NCBI RefSeq assembly: GCF_009834535.1 | Contig: NC_045696.1 | Span: 100,504,001 to 100,568,000 of the forward strand | Direction of reading: 5' to 3' | DNA: 64,000 nucleotides | From: Camelus ferus | Taxonomy: Eukaryota | Shown: positions 1-14,194 of the stretch, piece after piece | How the letters are laid out: each line of letters starts with the position of its first letter | Position numbering within the stretch: position 1 is the first letter of the stretch | Made by a program: the position numbers and the translations under genes | The notes under the pieces: model-generated | Database searches by the model: none | Seen by the model: the letters and a program-made list of their open reading frames with translations, nothing else | What the model was told of the DNA's origin: nothing

Positions 1-1144
1 TCTGGAAGGCACTTACTTGGGTTTCAGCTGCTAAAATAAGCTGTGTCCCTTGAATCTCAAACACTTTTCTTCTTCCCCTCTCCCCAACTTTTTATTTTGA
101 GAAATTTTCTCCTTTTGCCTTTATTTTTGTGCATTTATTTATCTATTGTCATTTTAAAGGCACTTAAAAAATATAAGTAAGTATGTGTGATAATTCTGCC
201 ATATTTAACCAGAATCATTCCCCCCTCCTTACAATAGTTTTTTGTGTATTTTCAGATACAGGAACATTCCTCCTCTAAGTCTTACCTTATTAGCCACTCT
301 TTCTAAAACTCCTTTTACAGATAGTGACTTTTCTCCCAGCCCCTACATTTCGGAATGTTCTGAGTTTCAGGACTCAGCTCTGTTCTCTTTTCTGCCTTTT
401 CTTTTCCAGGCCCAGGGTCTTATATAACATCTATACACTAATCCCCAAATATATGTCTTCTGCCCCAAGCGCTACCAAAAGCTCCAGCTAAATAATCCAA
501 ACTCCCACAGAAAATGTTCATATCTAAAAGGCATCTAGAACTAATATGCCCCTGGCAGAATTTTGATCTTTTTCTTTCCCTGCCAAATTGTCCTGTTTTC
601 TTTTTAATTGTTTTCCTACAGTGCAGAAACATGGAAGCTCAAAACCTATGTTTTCTAGATTCTCTTGCAGCTAGACATGCTTTAGGTTCTGCAGTAGATG
701 CACTGGGAAAGGCTTACTTTCTGAGTTAAGTGGATACAGAGGTAGCACTACACTTTGCCGGTGCAGACCTGGCAGCGATTTGGTGTCAATTATTTCTAAT
801 ATCATCGTCTTGATCTCCAGGTCTCACTTAAAGCATTATGCTCCTTGGAGCTTAACTTTTGTAGTGTCGGCTTCTGACTCAGTGAACTGTGGCTAAGTGT
901 GTAACCCTGAAAAAGTTTGAAGAATGGCTCGCTGGTCACCTTAGTGTGGCCGACTTAGCATATTTCAGGGTAGGCCAGGTTTTTTCTTGCATTTCCTGGA
1001 GTAATTTTTCAAGTCCAAGTTTAAAAGTTGCTATTCTTGCTCATCCACTAACTTTGGAGCCCATAATGTCACATTTTGTATCTTCTGCTTGAAATATTTC
1101 TCAAAAAACTTGATTGATACAGAAGGGATAGCTATTTACTACAA

Positions 1145-1808
1145 ATGGATGTTGAAAAGTTGGAGCAGACATGTGCATTGCAGCATTTTTCACTATGGCC
1201 AAGATATAGAAATAGCCTGAGTGTCCATCAACAGATGAATAAAGAAAATGTGAGTTGTATCTGTGTGTATATATCCACATATTGTATACACACAATAGAC
1301 TATTATTCAGTCACAACAAGAAGGCAGTCCTGTCACTTGTGGCAACATGGATGGACCTTGAGGTCATCATACTAAGTGAAATAAATTAGGCAAAAAAAAA
1401 TACTGTGTGATTTCACATATAAGCCAACTCTAAAAACATCGAACTCACAGAAACAGAGAGTAAATGGTGATTGCTAAGTGTGAGGGGGTCAGGGAAATGA
1501 GGAGATGTTGGTCAAAGGGTACAAATATTCAGGTAGAAGATGAATAAATATTGGGGACCTAAGATTTAGCCCAATGACTATAGTTAACAATATTGTTTGG
1601 TATAATTGAAAGTTGCTTTGAGAGTAGACCTTTAATCTTCTCGCCATAACAACACCACCAACAACAAAATAATAATTTTGTGAATGAAGGATGTGTTAAC
1701 TAATCTTACTATGGTAAATATTTTGCAATATATTCATGTATCAAATCATCACATGTGCACTTTAAACTTACACCGTATATGTCAACTACATCTCAGTAAA
1801 GCTGGAGC
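1145..1808 (+). mobile_element. Old L1 (L1MA-like) ORF2 end and 3' UTR
   Basis: Typical L1 3' motifs: agtgtccatcaacagatgaat, caacatggatggaccttgagg, ctaagtgaaataa; ends ctcagtaaagctgg. Confidence 0.85.
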
Positions 1809-4290
1809 ATAAAGCTGAAATCCACAGACATTATGGACATCCACTATAAAAGTACCCCTCTTAGAGAGTTTGATTGAATGAGGGTCCATATTTTCTGAAT
1901 ATTTTAGCAAGTTAAATATAACACCAGAAATATTTTACAGCAGTCAACTTTTATATAAGCTGTGCAAAATATTTTTCAAGTGCTAATTTCCTTTGGTTAT
2001 CACCATAAATTGTGAATAAACATTTATTGTCTATATTTATTAGAAGATATTCTTGCGTCACATGTAAAATAAGAACATGCTTCCATGGAGATATACTATA
2101 ATTAAAGAGCTTAGAAGATTCCAAAAGATGTGAAAAAAGTTAATATGGAGTTGAACTCAGTTTCATATTAATGGTTATTGCTGGGCACAAAAGAAATGGG
2201 AATGATTAGCAATGCCGAAGGGTGTAATGAGCATCTCTGAAGTAAGACTGCTTTATTGGTTAAAGTTCAGAATAACCTTAGAAGTTAATCTATGTTTGTT
2301 TCCATTTCAATGATGGTTAAATCAATAGAGGAAATGGTTGTCTTGAAATTACACAGTAGTCAGGAATAGTCAGGAAAAGATCTATGAGTTTTGGGTCTCA
2401 GAATATTTCACTTTCTAAAGGAATCTCATACTTGTGTTACAAATACCAGAGGAATTAAGGTTTAGATAGTTGGTTTAGTATTTTTCACAGCTATTTAGCC
2501 TTTCTCAAAGACATTTCTGTGGTGAGACTTTATACTCTCAGCCCCAATGGGTAATTTATGAGTGTGCAATTTAATAGACTCCTCAGATTCTGCCATGTAT
2601 ACATTTTAATGTGAACCTGATGTGATTATCTTTAGTACCATGGCACACACCCTTAGTTTCTAGGGCTCATATGTGCATTTAAGCCAAGTTATAAGCTTGT
2701 TCATTTGCTGTAACTTTAATTTTTGGAGTTTCCCCCCTTGTTATTAAGAAGTACTGTTTCACTGACTGCATACTACATAATCAGAAAATTTGGGATAAAA
2801 AATAGAAAGGCTCAATGACTGTTGGCACTCTTTATAAAACATAGTAGCTATTACGCTGATAATGAGGTCAGGTGTAATTATTGACTAACAGATAGGAAGA
2901 CAATTTCACAGACCACTGACAGAGATATGAGAGAATTCCTTGAAAGGAATAGAGAGTTTATGCAAAAGGCATAATAGGATTATCTGAATGTGATAAAAAT
3001 AGCATACTTACAAAAAAAAGATTTCATTTTCTTAATACTATCAAAGTGGCATCAGTTGCCAAATTGTTAACTCATATCACCCTTTAAATATACACAGGTT
3101 TTGGAACTATAATTAAATCATTCAGTGGTTCAATAACTCAGAATATATGCACATAAACTATTGCATTGGAGGCAAAGGCAGGTGCTAATCATATAATTGT
3201 TGAATGTCCCTCCTGCTATTGTTTTTCAAATTAGGTTTTTACAATCGCCTCATCTTTTGTCTTATAATTTCTCATCCCTTTTCACCAAATGTTCCATCTT
3301 CTTCAGCTGCCAAAGTCTTACAGTTACATTCCTCATGCTGTATTACAAAATCATCATTATCAGCTTCATTCCACGAAATACGTATTGAGCACTTATTATG
3401 AGCCAGATATCATGCTAAATGCTGGGGTTACAAGACTTGTGAGGTCAAGTGTGGTTTATTCTGTGAAAAATACTTTAATAACTTTAAAAGTAAATTTAAT
3501 TTTACATCACAGAAATCATTAAGGGTTTGAAGGGGTGGCACATTTCTCATGCAGCCAGCTGCCTAAAGCTTTGGAGAAAATGTGACAGATTTTACTTGTT
3601 AGCAGTATACGAAGGAGAACAGACCATACAAACACATCAGTGCAGGTAGTTTTTCTCTTGACGTTTTGGCTGACCTAACATTTTACAAGACAATTGGACC
3701 CTCTTTCTGGGTCAGATCTGTCCTTCCTTTTGTTTGTACAGTTTCTACTTTTCCCAGAGCTTTGGCAACTAATATAAATTCTCTGTTTTCACTTTTATTT
3801 AAACTAAAAGACATATATATCTTTACTTCATGGATAGGGTTGTACATAAGAAGAAGAAACAGAATAGCTATGTATTTCAGGTATGAGGTTTATACTTTAA
3901 TGTCATATTTTGATTCTCAAAAACAGTTTCATTATTTATTTGGGGGAAGTTCAACCCTGAATAGTTCAAACAAATCAATAAGTTAACCAGTTATTCATGT
4001 AGCTGATTGTGGAGCATTTTATTGGTTGGGAAATTTTTGATGCCGAGCTATTTTGAGGATTTTATCGACAAAGCAATGCTGCGTGGTGACAAAAAGAACT
4101 AGGCAGACTGAAGCATAAGCCTGCACGCTTGAGCCCTTTTGGGATCATTTAGTATCTGTGTGACCTTCTTTTTATTATTTTCCTCTCTGTTTCTTTGTAG
4201 ATGCATTTATATTGTGAGATTATACTGTCCTGAATTGAAGTGATACCGTGAGGTCCTTTGCGATCCTCAAAGTTTTGATCTGATCTCCAT

Positions 4291-4465
4291 CAAGGGATCA
4301 AGATTATTCAGTATCTTTTGTAGTAACCTATAATGCAAAAATAATATGAAAATGAACTTATATATGTGTATGTGTGACTGAAACACTATGTGGTATACCA
4401 GAAATTGACACAACGTTGTAAACTGACTACACTTCAATCAAACTTAATTAATTAATTAAAAAAAG
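4291..4465 (+). mobile_element. Short L1 3'-end fragment (artiodactyl/camelid type)
   Basis: accagaaattgacacaacgttgtaaactgactacacttcaat plus A-rich tail; closely similar to 15060-15143 and 55560-55652. Confidence 0.85.
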
Positions 4466-5932
4466 AAACCTAAGAAGGTTTAAAAACTGACTATGGTTTT
4501 AAAGAAAGGAAGAAATGGTTGTTTCATTAGGTACTCGTGGGTAGGCTGATCTGTTATGCTAAGAAAGTTGATCTCTCTGATTTCAAACTTTTTTCAGGAA
4601 ATTTGTTTAACAAGCTGCTGATGAAATAGGTCTGTAGTGCATTAAGTACCATCCTAAAAATCTTTAAAAGTGGTCGTGATATGGTTGGGTTTTTTCCCCC
4701 ACATTTGATCAGGGTGCAGAAGTCTGAATCATATAATGCCTAGAGGTCTTTCTGAAGTCTGTTAGTCCCTGAAGCTATTTAAAGTAATAAGAGCAAAAGC
4801 CATATAATTTTTGATACTTCAAAGAATTGGCTTTACAGAAGCCTTCACAGCTCCAGAGACTTACTGGCTAATCCTACTCTTATTCTATTTACACATCTCT
4901 TATTTATATTCAGTCTGCAGTGATTTAGGCATAAATTTGTTCTCTCAGAGAATAGTTATCCCCTGACTCAATTCTCAAAATGGAATAAAATGAGATGTAT
5001 ATACCAAACCCAGCATGCACTGTGCATGGGAAAAATACACATCCTTAGAATTTCTTAAAAGTTAAAGGGATCTGGGAGAGGAGGAGATGAATGGGTGTTG
5101 CAAATCAATATGACTTTTTTGGGGAAACATTTATTTGTTTTTTTAGTTTTATTTATTCAAATCCATTAAGTTTGCTTTTTCTGTGATATGTGCATGTAAA
5201 GGATTCACTACCTCTGTAGTAAAGCACTGGGCTGTTAGGTGAAAAGTAGTAACAGTGAGGAAGGCTCTTCTTTAAATACCAACACCACTGCTTAATCACG
5301 ATGCCTGGTGCTTTAACCGCTTGGGCATCAGGTTTTTCCCCTGTAAAATTATGGGGTTGATTGGCTAAACTTAGACTCAAGTTATTATTATAATTGAATT
5401 GATTAGAATAACCATGGTAATTTCATTTTCTGTTTTGTTTCCATGACTTTAGTTTCTTTCATTTTTTAAGCTTATGTGAAACTTGTTTGAGTAGTTTTAA
5501 ATACTAATTATCTTTTATGAATCAGCAAATAAACAATAATATAGTCATACTGGCCACTAGGTGTTTTCTGTTTAAATATGTGGCTGTATTTATATTAGGC
5601 AAGTGAACGTAGAAAAATGTTTTTTCAAACAAGACTGATTATAAGAATGTCCTCTAGAGGGATCCATTTTATTGCTTTATAGCGATAGGCTTGAAATTGT
5701 CCTAAATTTTTGTTTAATACATATTAGAATATTGAAGGTTTACTGCTATGACTATTTAATGATGGGGGCGGGGTGTGGACAAAATCACAAATAAATCATG
5801 AAAGATTTAAAAAGTCTATTTTTGGATAGAGATGGAAAGTCTATTTTATTCAGATAAACATTTTTAATATGATATGAAACTGATGATACAATAGATTTCA
5901 TGGAAAATACATTTCTTTCCCATATGTAATAA

Positions 5933-6060
5933 CTTTTTAATGTATCTTTATTGAAGTATAGTCAGTTTACAATGTTGTATCAATTTCTGGTGTACAACAC
6001 AATACTTCAGTCATATAAGAATATACATATATTCATTTTCATATTCTTTTTCACCATAAG
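5933..6060 (-). mobile_element. Short L1 3'-end fragment
   Basis: attgaagtatagtcagtttacaatgttgtatcaatttctggtgtaca is the reverse complement of the same L1 3' terminus. Confidence 0.8.
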
Positions 6061-9000
6061 TTGCAGCCCTTATTACCAACTTATTTGAATATGCATTGTG
6101 TGCAAATTCCATGTATAAAACTAGGAAAATAGCAATAGAACAAATTTGAATATTGGAGAAATGAAATTAATGAATGTCAAAGATAAAGTAGAAAAGGTAA
6201 ATAAATAAAGTCAACAAGTGTTTTGGTAAAGGCCCACAGAATATATAATTCCTTGGTAAATATACTCAAAAAGTATGAAAAGAAAGTAAAAATAAAATAT
6301 ATAAGTGTTAGTAAGAAGAAATGAGATGTAGCCATGGTATGGCAGAGTTCTAATAAAATTACAGGGGCATACTATAGAAAGTACTATAAAAATACAAATA
6401 CAATTCTGTAAGAAATGGACAACGTTCTAGTAAAATATAAAAACTCCCTGAAAGTAAGAAACTTGAATATATTATTAGAAAAAATTAAAGAATGAAAGCT
6501 TCCTAGCACTTTCCCAGTGTCTTTCCTCAGAAGAAAATGCTATTTTAATTCTTTTTCTAACTGATTCTTCCTCACAGAAAGGCTTCATCCATCCTTTATT
6601 TTAAATAACCACAATGTCCTCTAACAGTAATTTTTGCTTCCATTCACTTACTAACTGCTGCTATAAAGGAAAATTTGGGGAGATTTTTATGAGTTATGAG
6701 CCTAGAATGTCTTATGAACAATACAGGTATCACCTCTATTTTATGGATAATTTGAAAAATAAGTTGCATGCTATTTAAAAAATACAGCATTCTCAGATCA
6801 GCACGCTTTTGTTTCTTATTTCCTGACTTGACACAGAAACTTCCACAGAACTTTTTGAAACAAAATAATGAATTCTATTTTGAAAGTATGAACTTTCATT
6901 CTTTTTTATGAAATAGTAGCTTGTTAATTTAGCTTTGCATTATTTATCTCAAGATCAGAGATAATTGACTTTTTAGTCTCTGATAAATAGAATATAAATA
7001 ATCATACCTCAACTTGTTCTTTAAAAAAAATACTCTGCTTGATTTTGATTTCTGTAGAAACTCTTTAATTACAGTGTTGCTATTTGCTATTAATTTGCTA
7101 TTAAATGTACATAACCTATTGAAATTTTACATATTGATTCATTTTCTTAAATAATTCATAGAATTCTATACAAAATGTTTCAGTTCAATGTACGTTCATT
7201 ACATTCTTCTTGTTCTAAACAAATAACTAACTATAAAGAAAAATGAAATCTCAACAAGTTTTTAAAAATAGGAATTGTAAATTGTTTCTTAATGCCTTTG
7301 ACATTCATATGGGAGTTGTTTTCAAAAACATGGGTTTTTGAAAACTTCATGAATTCTATTATGCTATTTTATTATTATAAAGCAATGTTATAAGGGATTT
7401 TTAAATCTTGGAGAAGGGGAAAACACATTGTCTCAAGGATTAAATATGCAGATAAATTCAATGGTGTAATGTTTCCTTAGCCCAACCTCTCAGATAATTT
7501 TTCTGCATTTTTGATCTCAGTAATTGGCATTTCTTTCACCTAATTCTAGATATTTTGCATCCTTTTGTCCCCGATATCCTGAACCCACAGGTCACCAGGT
7601 TCTCTTCAATGTTTCTCTAGTCTGTCTTTTCACCTTTTGCTCCAAAAACTAGCTTAGTTTAGGCTTCTATTCTTTCTTTGCTTCCTTCTTTCTCTCTTCT
7701 CTCCTCTTCTTTCCCTCCCTCCCTCCCTCTCTCTCTCTCCATCTGCACTAGCGCATGTCTGTTTACTGATTTCTTGAGAGGTAAATCTTGGACACATCTA
7801 TGATCTATTGGCTCCTTTTAATTCTCACCTGAACAACTGTAACCAGGCTTTCTTTTATTTACTAACTCTTGTTAAATTTGAAGGTAACTACAATTTGAAT
7901 TACAAGCTGCCTCCCTACTAGGTTTCAAGCCCAAAGTATCCTGCCCCAACATGTGCTTTCTTTAGTTCCGTTGGGTCTCCAGGTTGTTCACCGCTTGGCC
8001 TGACCCTGTGATTATCTCTAATTAACCTTTAAACTTTCCCAAAGATTTAAAATAAATAAAAAGAAAGCTGCTCATGTTATTTTAACTTTGGCTAATCTTT
8101 AATATGTCTTCTTAATTCCTATTGGCTTACCTGTTTTCTGACCCCTTATTTAACCTCATTTACTTTATTAGTACAACAATTTACAGAAACTTTTGGTCAG
8201 AAAGATATGTCTTTTACTGGTTGTAAGACTTTTTCAGGTTTTCGGAAAGCTAAATAGCCTTCTGAACCATGTTTGTCAATAGTAGATGGGGCTAATTGTA
8301 TCTGTATCCCAAACTCTTTGAGAAAACTTACCTAGAAAGCACATGTGAATCGCCTAGCTTAGTACCTGGTTCACAAAAGGTACTCGATAATTGTTAGTTA
8401 CTTACCAGTTTTACTTGTGCTGTTTTTTCCATTGTGGTCACTTCAACCTACTGCTGTAGGAAGCACAATTGGAAATATGTTGTTTGAAGCATATCAGATA
8501 CAGGAGAAATGAATTATAGCATCAAGCATTCCTTGACCTTTCTACTTGGTACAAACCAGTGAACTCTGACAGATGGTAATGGAATTTGCCTGCCCTGGAA
8601 AATTGAATAAAAGCTTAAGGTTATTTCATGTTGATATGATTAGTCAAGCCAAAAGGAATGCTATTTGGTAAATTCTCCTAACCAGTAAATGCTAGTTTGG
8701 TAACTTCTAACCAGTGGGCAAAGGAAGTTTGCATGAGAGGTGCTATACTGTTACATTAAATATATCTTGCAGAGTCATCATTAAAGAACATATTAAAGAT
8801 GAGAAAATTTCTCCTTAAGCAAACTCTTCCAGTTCATTGTTAACTGTTGACAATAACATACTTGCACAGGAAAATGCAAAAAAAAAAAGTGAAAAATTAA
8901 ATGTAAATAAGAAAGCCTATATTTGAAATATAGCTTGAATATTTGATACGTGTTGACATCTACATGGACAAAGTAACCAATTAATTTTTCTCCTAAAATA

Positions 9001-9277
9001 TCCCTGCGTGATAGTTATCCTCCTAGAGCACATAACAAATATAACTGAATATATATGGGTGCCCACTCTCACCTAGAAATCAAACATGCTCAGAATCTTC
9101 TCAGAGAACAAGACACCTGAAGTCCAAGAATACATACTGTCTTTTTCTCCATTTGATGCTAAAACGTCCCAGTGATTGACATGGTCCCTGCCTTCTGACA
9201 CTCTCCTGCACCTCATTATCTTGAGCTAGAATGCTTATTTCATACAAGCTGCACCTTAATCCTTCTAACTGTCACAG

Positions 9278-9473
9278 GGCCCCCAGCTCCAAGGAGTTTG
9301 CTTTCAGCAGCAGCAAAGAGCCGCATTGCCTACAGCCAGTCATCACTGGTGCCTTCAGATTGAAGTAACTAGCCTTTCGCTCCTGGAGACAGGCTGCTGC
9401 GAGGAAGCCAATAACTGCATTGGATGAGGAAGCGGGAGAGGAGGGAGCTGAGGTCACAGAGCCCCAGGCAAGT
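9278..9473 (+). promoter_or_regulatory. GC-enriched non-repeat element: candidate promoter/enhancer or non-coding exon with GC donor
   Basis: CCAAT 9408-9412 and ATTGG 9419-9423; two GAGGAAGC ETS-like cores; TGAGGTCA 9449-9456; CAG|GCAAGT at 9465-9473; possible acceptor cacag|G at 9277/9278. Confidence 0.35.
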
Positions 9474-10499
9474 CGGCTGTGGATGCCTGTGCACTGAGCA
9501 AAAGTTGCTGTTGATATTTTCCTTGTTTTGACAGCAACCTTTTCCGTCTTTCTTACTCTTTTAGAAAACAGTTTCTTTAGTTACCAAGGTTTAGAGAGCA
9601 CTTGGCCTGTGAGATATTTCAAACCAAACTTTATGAGCTATTTACCTTCTTTTTAAAAGCTACAAATTATGATTCTATGGAAAAAGGGTGTTTTTTTTTT
9701 TCTGTTTCTGTTCTTATTTTTCTAAAAGGAGGGCAAAAACATCATGAGAAGAGTTATTGTCGTAAACAGTAAACAACTTGCCAGACTGATGTTTCTTGAA
9801 AGTGAGGGAACAGACTCAGTTTATAAAATATACTTTATCATCCAGACACGTGTTTCATCTAGTTCTCCTTCCATAAGATAAAATTTCCAAATTTTATAAA
9901 CTTAAGTGTATTGAAACAAATACACTATAGAACCTGTGGATATTGCTATTAAATTCATTGTGAGCTGCAATGTGAATTGATATTAAATACAAATAGGAAG
10001 TGAGCAAATGGCATAGTATTCCTTGCTACAATCTCAAAGTTGAATGTTGCCTTCAATATAAATAAAGAATTAAGTGTAGTAAAAATCCTATAAAATAACT
10101 TTTCCATGTGCCAGGAGTTTGGTTATAGTGTGAATCAGTGGAAATAGTGTGGCATATTGTAATAGCAAGGGCTTTCAGAGTCAAACACTTACTAGTTTGA
10201 ACCTTAGGTATAAATATTCAGTGTAACCCTGGGAAAGTTACTTGACTTCCTTGACTCTAAATTCTCTCACCTCTCAAAACTAAGAAACAGAATACAAACT
10301 ATGGTCCAATAGTATTTATGCCAATTAAAAGCGTGCACACAAAACAGCACTGTATATTGACAGAAACAACACATATCTAAGGAAATGTATGAAACCCATT
10401 AAAAGCATAAAAGAATGCTATGTAGAGGGGAAAGAGATTATGGATCAGGGATGAAGTAGGGGCAGCAAAATAAAATAAAGATTTACTCACACCAGTTAT

Positions 10500-12095
10500 G
10501 AGAATGCAGTCAGCCTCTTCCCCAACCACCCCTGTCATCACACAATGGGCTCCTGAACAAAGTGACGTCGTGGCAGGGGTGGAGGCTCTGCAAGGGCTTA
10601 TCAATGTGGACTTCCACTCACCGAGCCTGACCTGACTACACCCCTGTTGAGTGACCATCTCTGCTGGCAGTGGAAACCAACACTGAGCCCTTGAAATGGC
10701 ACTGTTTCTGGGGTGACCAGCCAGCTTACCTGGTGGAAGGTTGATTATATTGGACAGCTTCTATCATGGGAGGGGCAGTGCTTTGTCCTTACTGGAATAT
10801 ACAGGATATTACTCAGGATATGGCTAGTCTTCCCCTATATGTAATGCTTCTGCCAAAACTACCATTTGTAGACGTAAAGAATGCCTTATTCACTGCCATG
10901 GTATTCCATGCAGCGTTGCTTCTGATCAAGGAACTCACTTCACAGGAAAGCAGTGTGGCAGTGGGCCCCTGCTAACGGGATTCACTGGTGTTACCATGTT
11001 CCCCATCATCTTGAAGTGGCTATTTTGATAGAATGGAGGAATGGACTTTTGAACACTCAGTTACAGTGCCAGTTAGGTGACAGTACCTATCAGGGCTGGG
11101 ATAATGTTTCCCACTGGGTTGTGTAAGCTCTGAGTAAGCATCCGATATATTTTGTCTGATAGCCAGGATTCCTGGTTCCATTCAGGAATCAAAAGATGGA
11201 AATGAGAGTGACATCACTCACTATTACTCTTAGTGGCCCGCTAGCAAAATGTTTGCTTCCTATTCCTGTAGCTTTATGCTCTGCTGGTCTAGAGGCCTTA
11301 GTTCTAGAGAAATGCTTAAACCAGGAGATACAGCGATGATTTCCCTGAACTGGAAGTTAAGACTGCTCTCAGCCACTTTGGGTTCCTCATGCCTCTGAAT
11401 CAACTGGCAGAGAAGGGAGATATGGTGTTGGTGGGGATGATTGGTCCTGACTACCCAGGGGAAATTGGACTGCTATTTCCCAATATGTGCAACACAGGAG
11501 ATCCCTTAGGGCATCTCTTAGTGTTACCATGCCCTGTGTTAAGGTCAAGGGAAAACTACAGCAACCCAAACCACGCATGACTGCTAGTGGCCCAGACCCA
11601 GCAGGAATGAAGTTTCAATTTATCCCACCAGGTAAAGAAGCACAGCCAGTGCAGTGCTTTATGGAGGCAAAGGGAACACAGAATGGAGAGTTAAAGAAGG
11701 CGGTTATAAATACCAGCCATGACCACGTGACCAGGTATGGATATGAAGAATAATTATCATGAGCATTTCCTCCTTATTTTGTTATGAATATGTTTGTATG
11801 TATATATGCACACATGAAACAAATATCTTTGTCTTCTTTCCTCTTTATTCCCTTATCTTGTGATGTAAGATGTATTGAGTTTATTAAAGTATTTAAGTAT
11901 TGCTAACTCTACATCATAGTATTTAAGGGGTATCAGGTGGAAAGTAAACATCACTCAGGGTCTTTACCTCCTCTTCTGGAAAAGGGATTTTAGTGCTTCT
12001 TTGGTTGCACACAGGAGAGTTGTGTCATGTTGGATGGAATTATGACCTTGTTATTTTTTTTATTTGGAAGTTAAGTATGGCTTAAGGAGGTGCAG
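10500..12095 (+). mobile_element. ERV-L (HERVL/MERVL-like) internal remnant: degenerate integrase, then dUTPase, then 3' untranslated region
   Basis: WWKVDYIG at 10731-10754 (ERV-L integrase WWQVDYIG); LNWKLRL and MPLNQLAEKGDMVLVGMIGPDYPGEIGLL (ORF 11389) resemble ERV-L dUTPase; dUTPase downstream of integrase is the ERV-L arrangement; many stops and frameshifts. Confidence 0.92.
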
Positions 12096-12439
12096 AGAGT
12101 CCTTTATTAAATATCTTCCAATTACTACCTGGGCTTCAAATTAATGGTTGAAAACTTTCTGATCAATTTCCAATTAAACTTATGCCCAGTCTGGAAGCTG
12201 CCTGCAAGCCTGACTTTGCCAGTTCCTCTTCCTGTGGGAACTAGGGCCCTAAGAAAGACATTCCTAGGCTTTTCCCTAAAATCATGGATGTTTCTGGAAA
12301 CATGGAAAAACTTAAGATCCCTGGCCTGGTTATAAGCATAGGAACTAACAAAAGACTCTCCCCACCTTCATCACTTTATATCACTGCTCTTTGGAAAGGT
12401 GCCATGGGTGCTTGATCAAAAAGATAAATCTGTAACCTT

Positions 12440-13060
12440 GAAGTATAGGGTTGCATATGTCCATTTAAATCAAGTTTGCAGATTGTGATTAAAATCTTCT
12501 CCATCCTTGCAATTTTTAAAATTTGCTTGATCCACTAATTACTGAGAAACTTGTGTTCAATTTTCTCACAATGATGATAATGTTTTCAGTATTTTCTTCT
12601 ACTTATGTTAGTTTTTGCTTTATAAATTGAGACAATATAATTCAATGCACACACAAATATAATTGCTATAAGTTCTTGGTGAATAATTTATCTTATTATA
12701 TTATTTTTAACCCAAAATAATATCTTTTGGCAAAATCTCTGCTTTATCTTACTTTGAAAAGGCCTTTGTCATTGTTATTATTGCTAATGCGTGGTGTGCA
12801 ATTTCTATCATTTAATTTTTACATTTTCCTGCCTTATATTTTATACAAACATGCTATGAAAGGCAAATGCCCCAATTTGGCATTTTAGCAAATTTTTGAG
12901 TCTGTCAACTGGAAAAGTTTATCTGTTTATATTTATTGCTTCACTGATATATTCAAATTCATTTCTGACATCTGATTTTGTATTACCTATTTGTCCTTCC
13001 TTTTCCTTCTTTATTACCTATTTATTCACATCCATTTCTGTTTTTCCTATATTTCATTAT
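12440..13060 (-). mobile_element. Old degenerate L1 ORF2 fragment
   Basis: T-rich antisense L1-like phrases (aaatcttctccatccttgc, actgagaaacttgtgttcaattttctcacaatgat). Confidence 0.5.
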
Positions 13061-14194
13061 CTGAAGCTTTTATTAATTTGTCTTTGTGCTGGTGGGCAGA
13101 TTTTATTCTTATCCCTATTTCTTTAATAGAGTGGCCCTTGAATTATATCAGAAAAACACCAGGGTACTTTTTTCCTTTCCTTGCAACCAAAGTCCCTGTG
13201 TCAGTGGTTTCCACACTGTCTTCTTATCTGTAGCAGAATACCTGAGATGCTCTCTCAAACCATGCAATATTCATTTCTATCGTAAGTAGGCACTACTAAA
13301 GCACTGAACGTTCCAGAATTTTAAAAAATGGTATTTCAAATGAATATAAATGGGTAGTTTAATACTTTGCTGAAACTCTCCAGTGGAAGGTCTTAACATG
13401 CCAGTTTCCCAGGGTGTACACACGCACACATCTTAACTTGGAAAATGATACCTTAACTGTACAACTATCTGCTGGGGAAGCTGCCCAGTGTTATTGGAGG
13501 TTGTCATTTTCCTGTTTTCAGTCCCTTCTTCAATTTTGACCCCTGGGGATTTCCCTTCATTTTTACATACTCAGTGATGCACTTATATAAACAAATAACC
13601 ATATATATTTATCCAGCATTTCTAGCTCTTTTAGTTTCCCCTAAAATTTAAATGTTATTTCATGTGGAATATTCCTGCAAACTGAAGAACCTACTAATCT
13701 CTCTATATTATTTCTTCCCTAAATAATACTATATAAAAAAACTGAAGCTATTAAATACATAGTGAAAATATGTTCTAAAAAATACGAAATAATGGCGATG
13801 GCAAAAATATATATATTTTCTGTTTCATTACTGATGCTCTTGTTTTAACAATTCATATTTAATTGACTATATAACATTGGTTTAACTGGAAACTTTTCTG
13901 GCAAGAGAGATAGAAATGTCAACACAATATTCTTGCAGCAAACATTGTCATCATTGTTATTAGTATTGAACATATGGTGTTTTAATATAATTGAGATGAA
14001 ATTGAATAGTTCTCGAGGCAAATGCCAAATATATACTGTTTTTGGTAACAGCTTTTTAATGAATGCAGGGTTCTGGGAATCTAATAATACACCCTGGTAA
14101 CATTCTGTCAAATGGCGTAAGTGATTTGAGATAGTTAACCTACTACAATCATCCTCTGGGCTTCTCAGTCATCAGAAAAATATGATTATGAAAT

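Noticed and set aside
5551..5565. TGGCCACTAGGTGTT as a CTCF site
   Set aside because: Lacks the terminal GGC of the core; a weak match on its own.
8657..8715. Imperfect ~30-bp tandem duplication (aatgcta..tttggtaa..ctaaccagt)
   Set aside because: Two diverged units only; an ordinary old slippage event.
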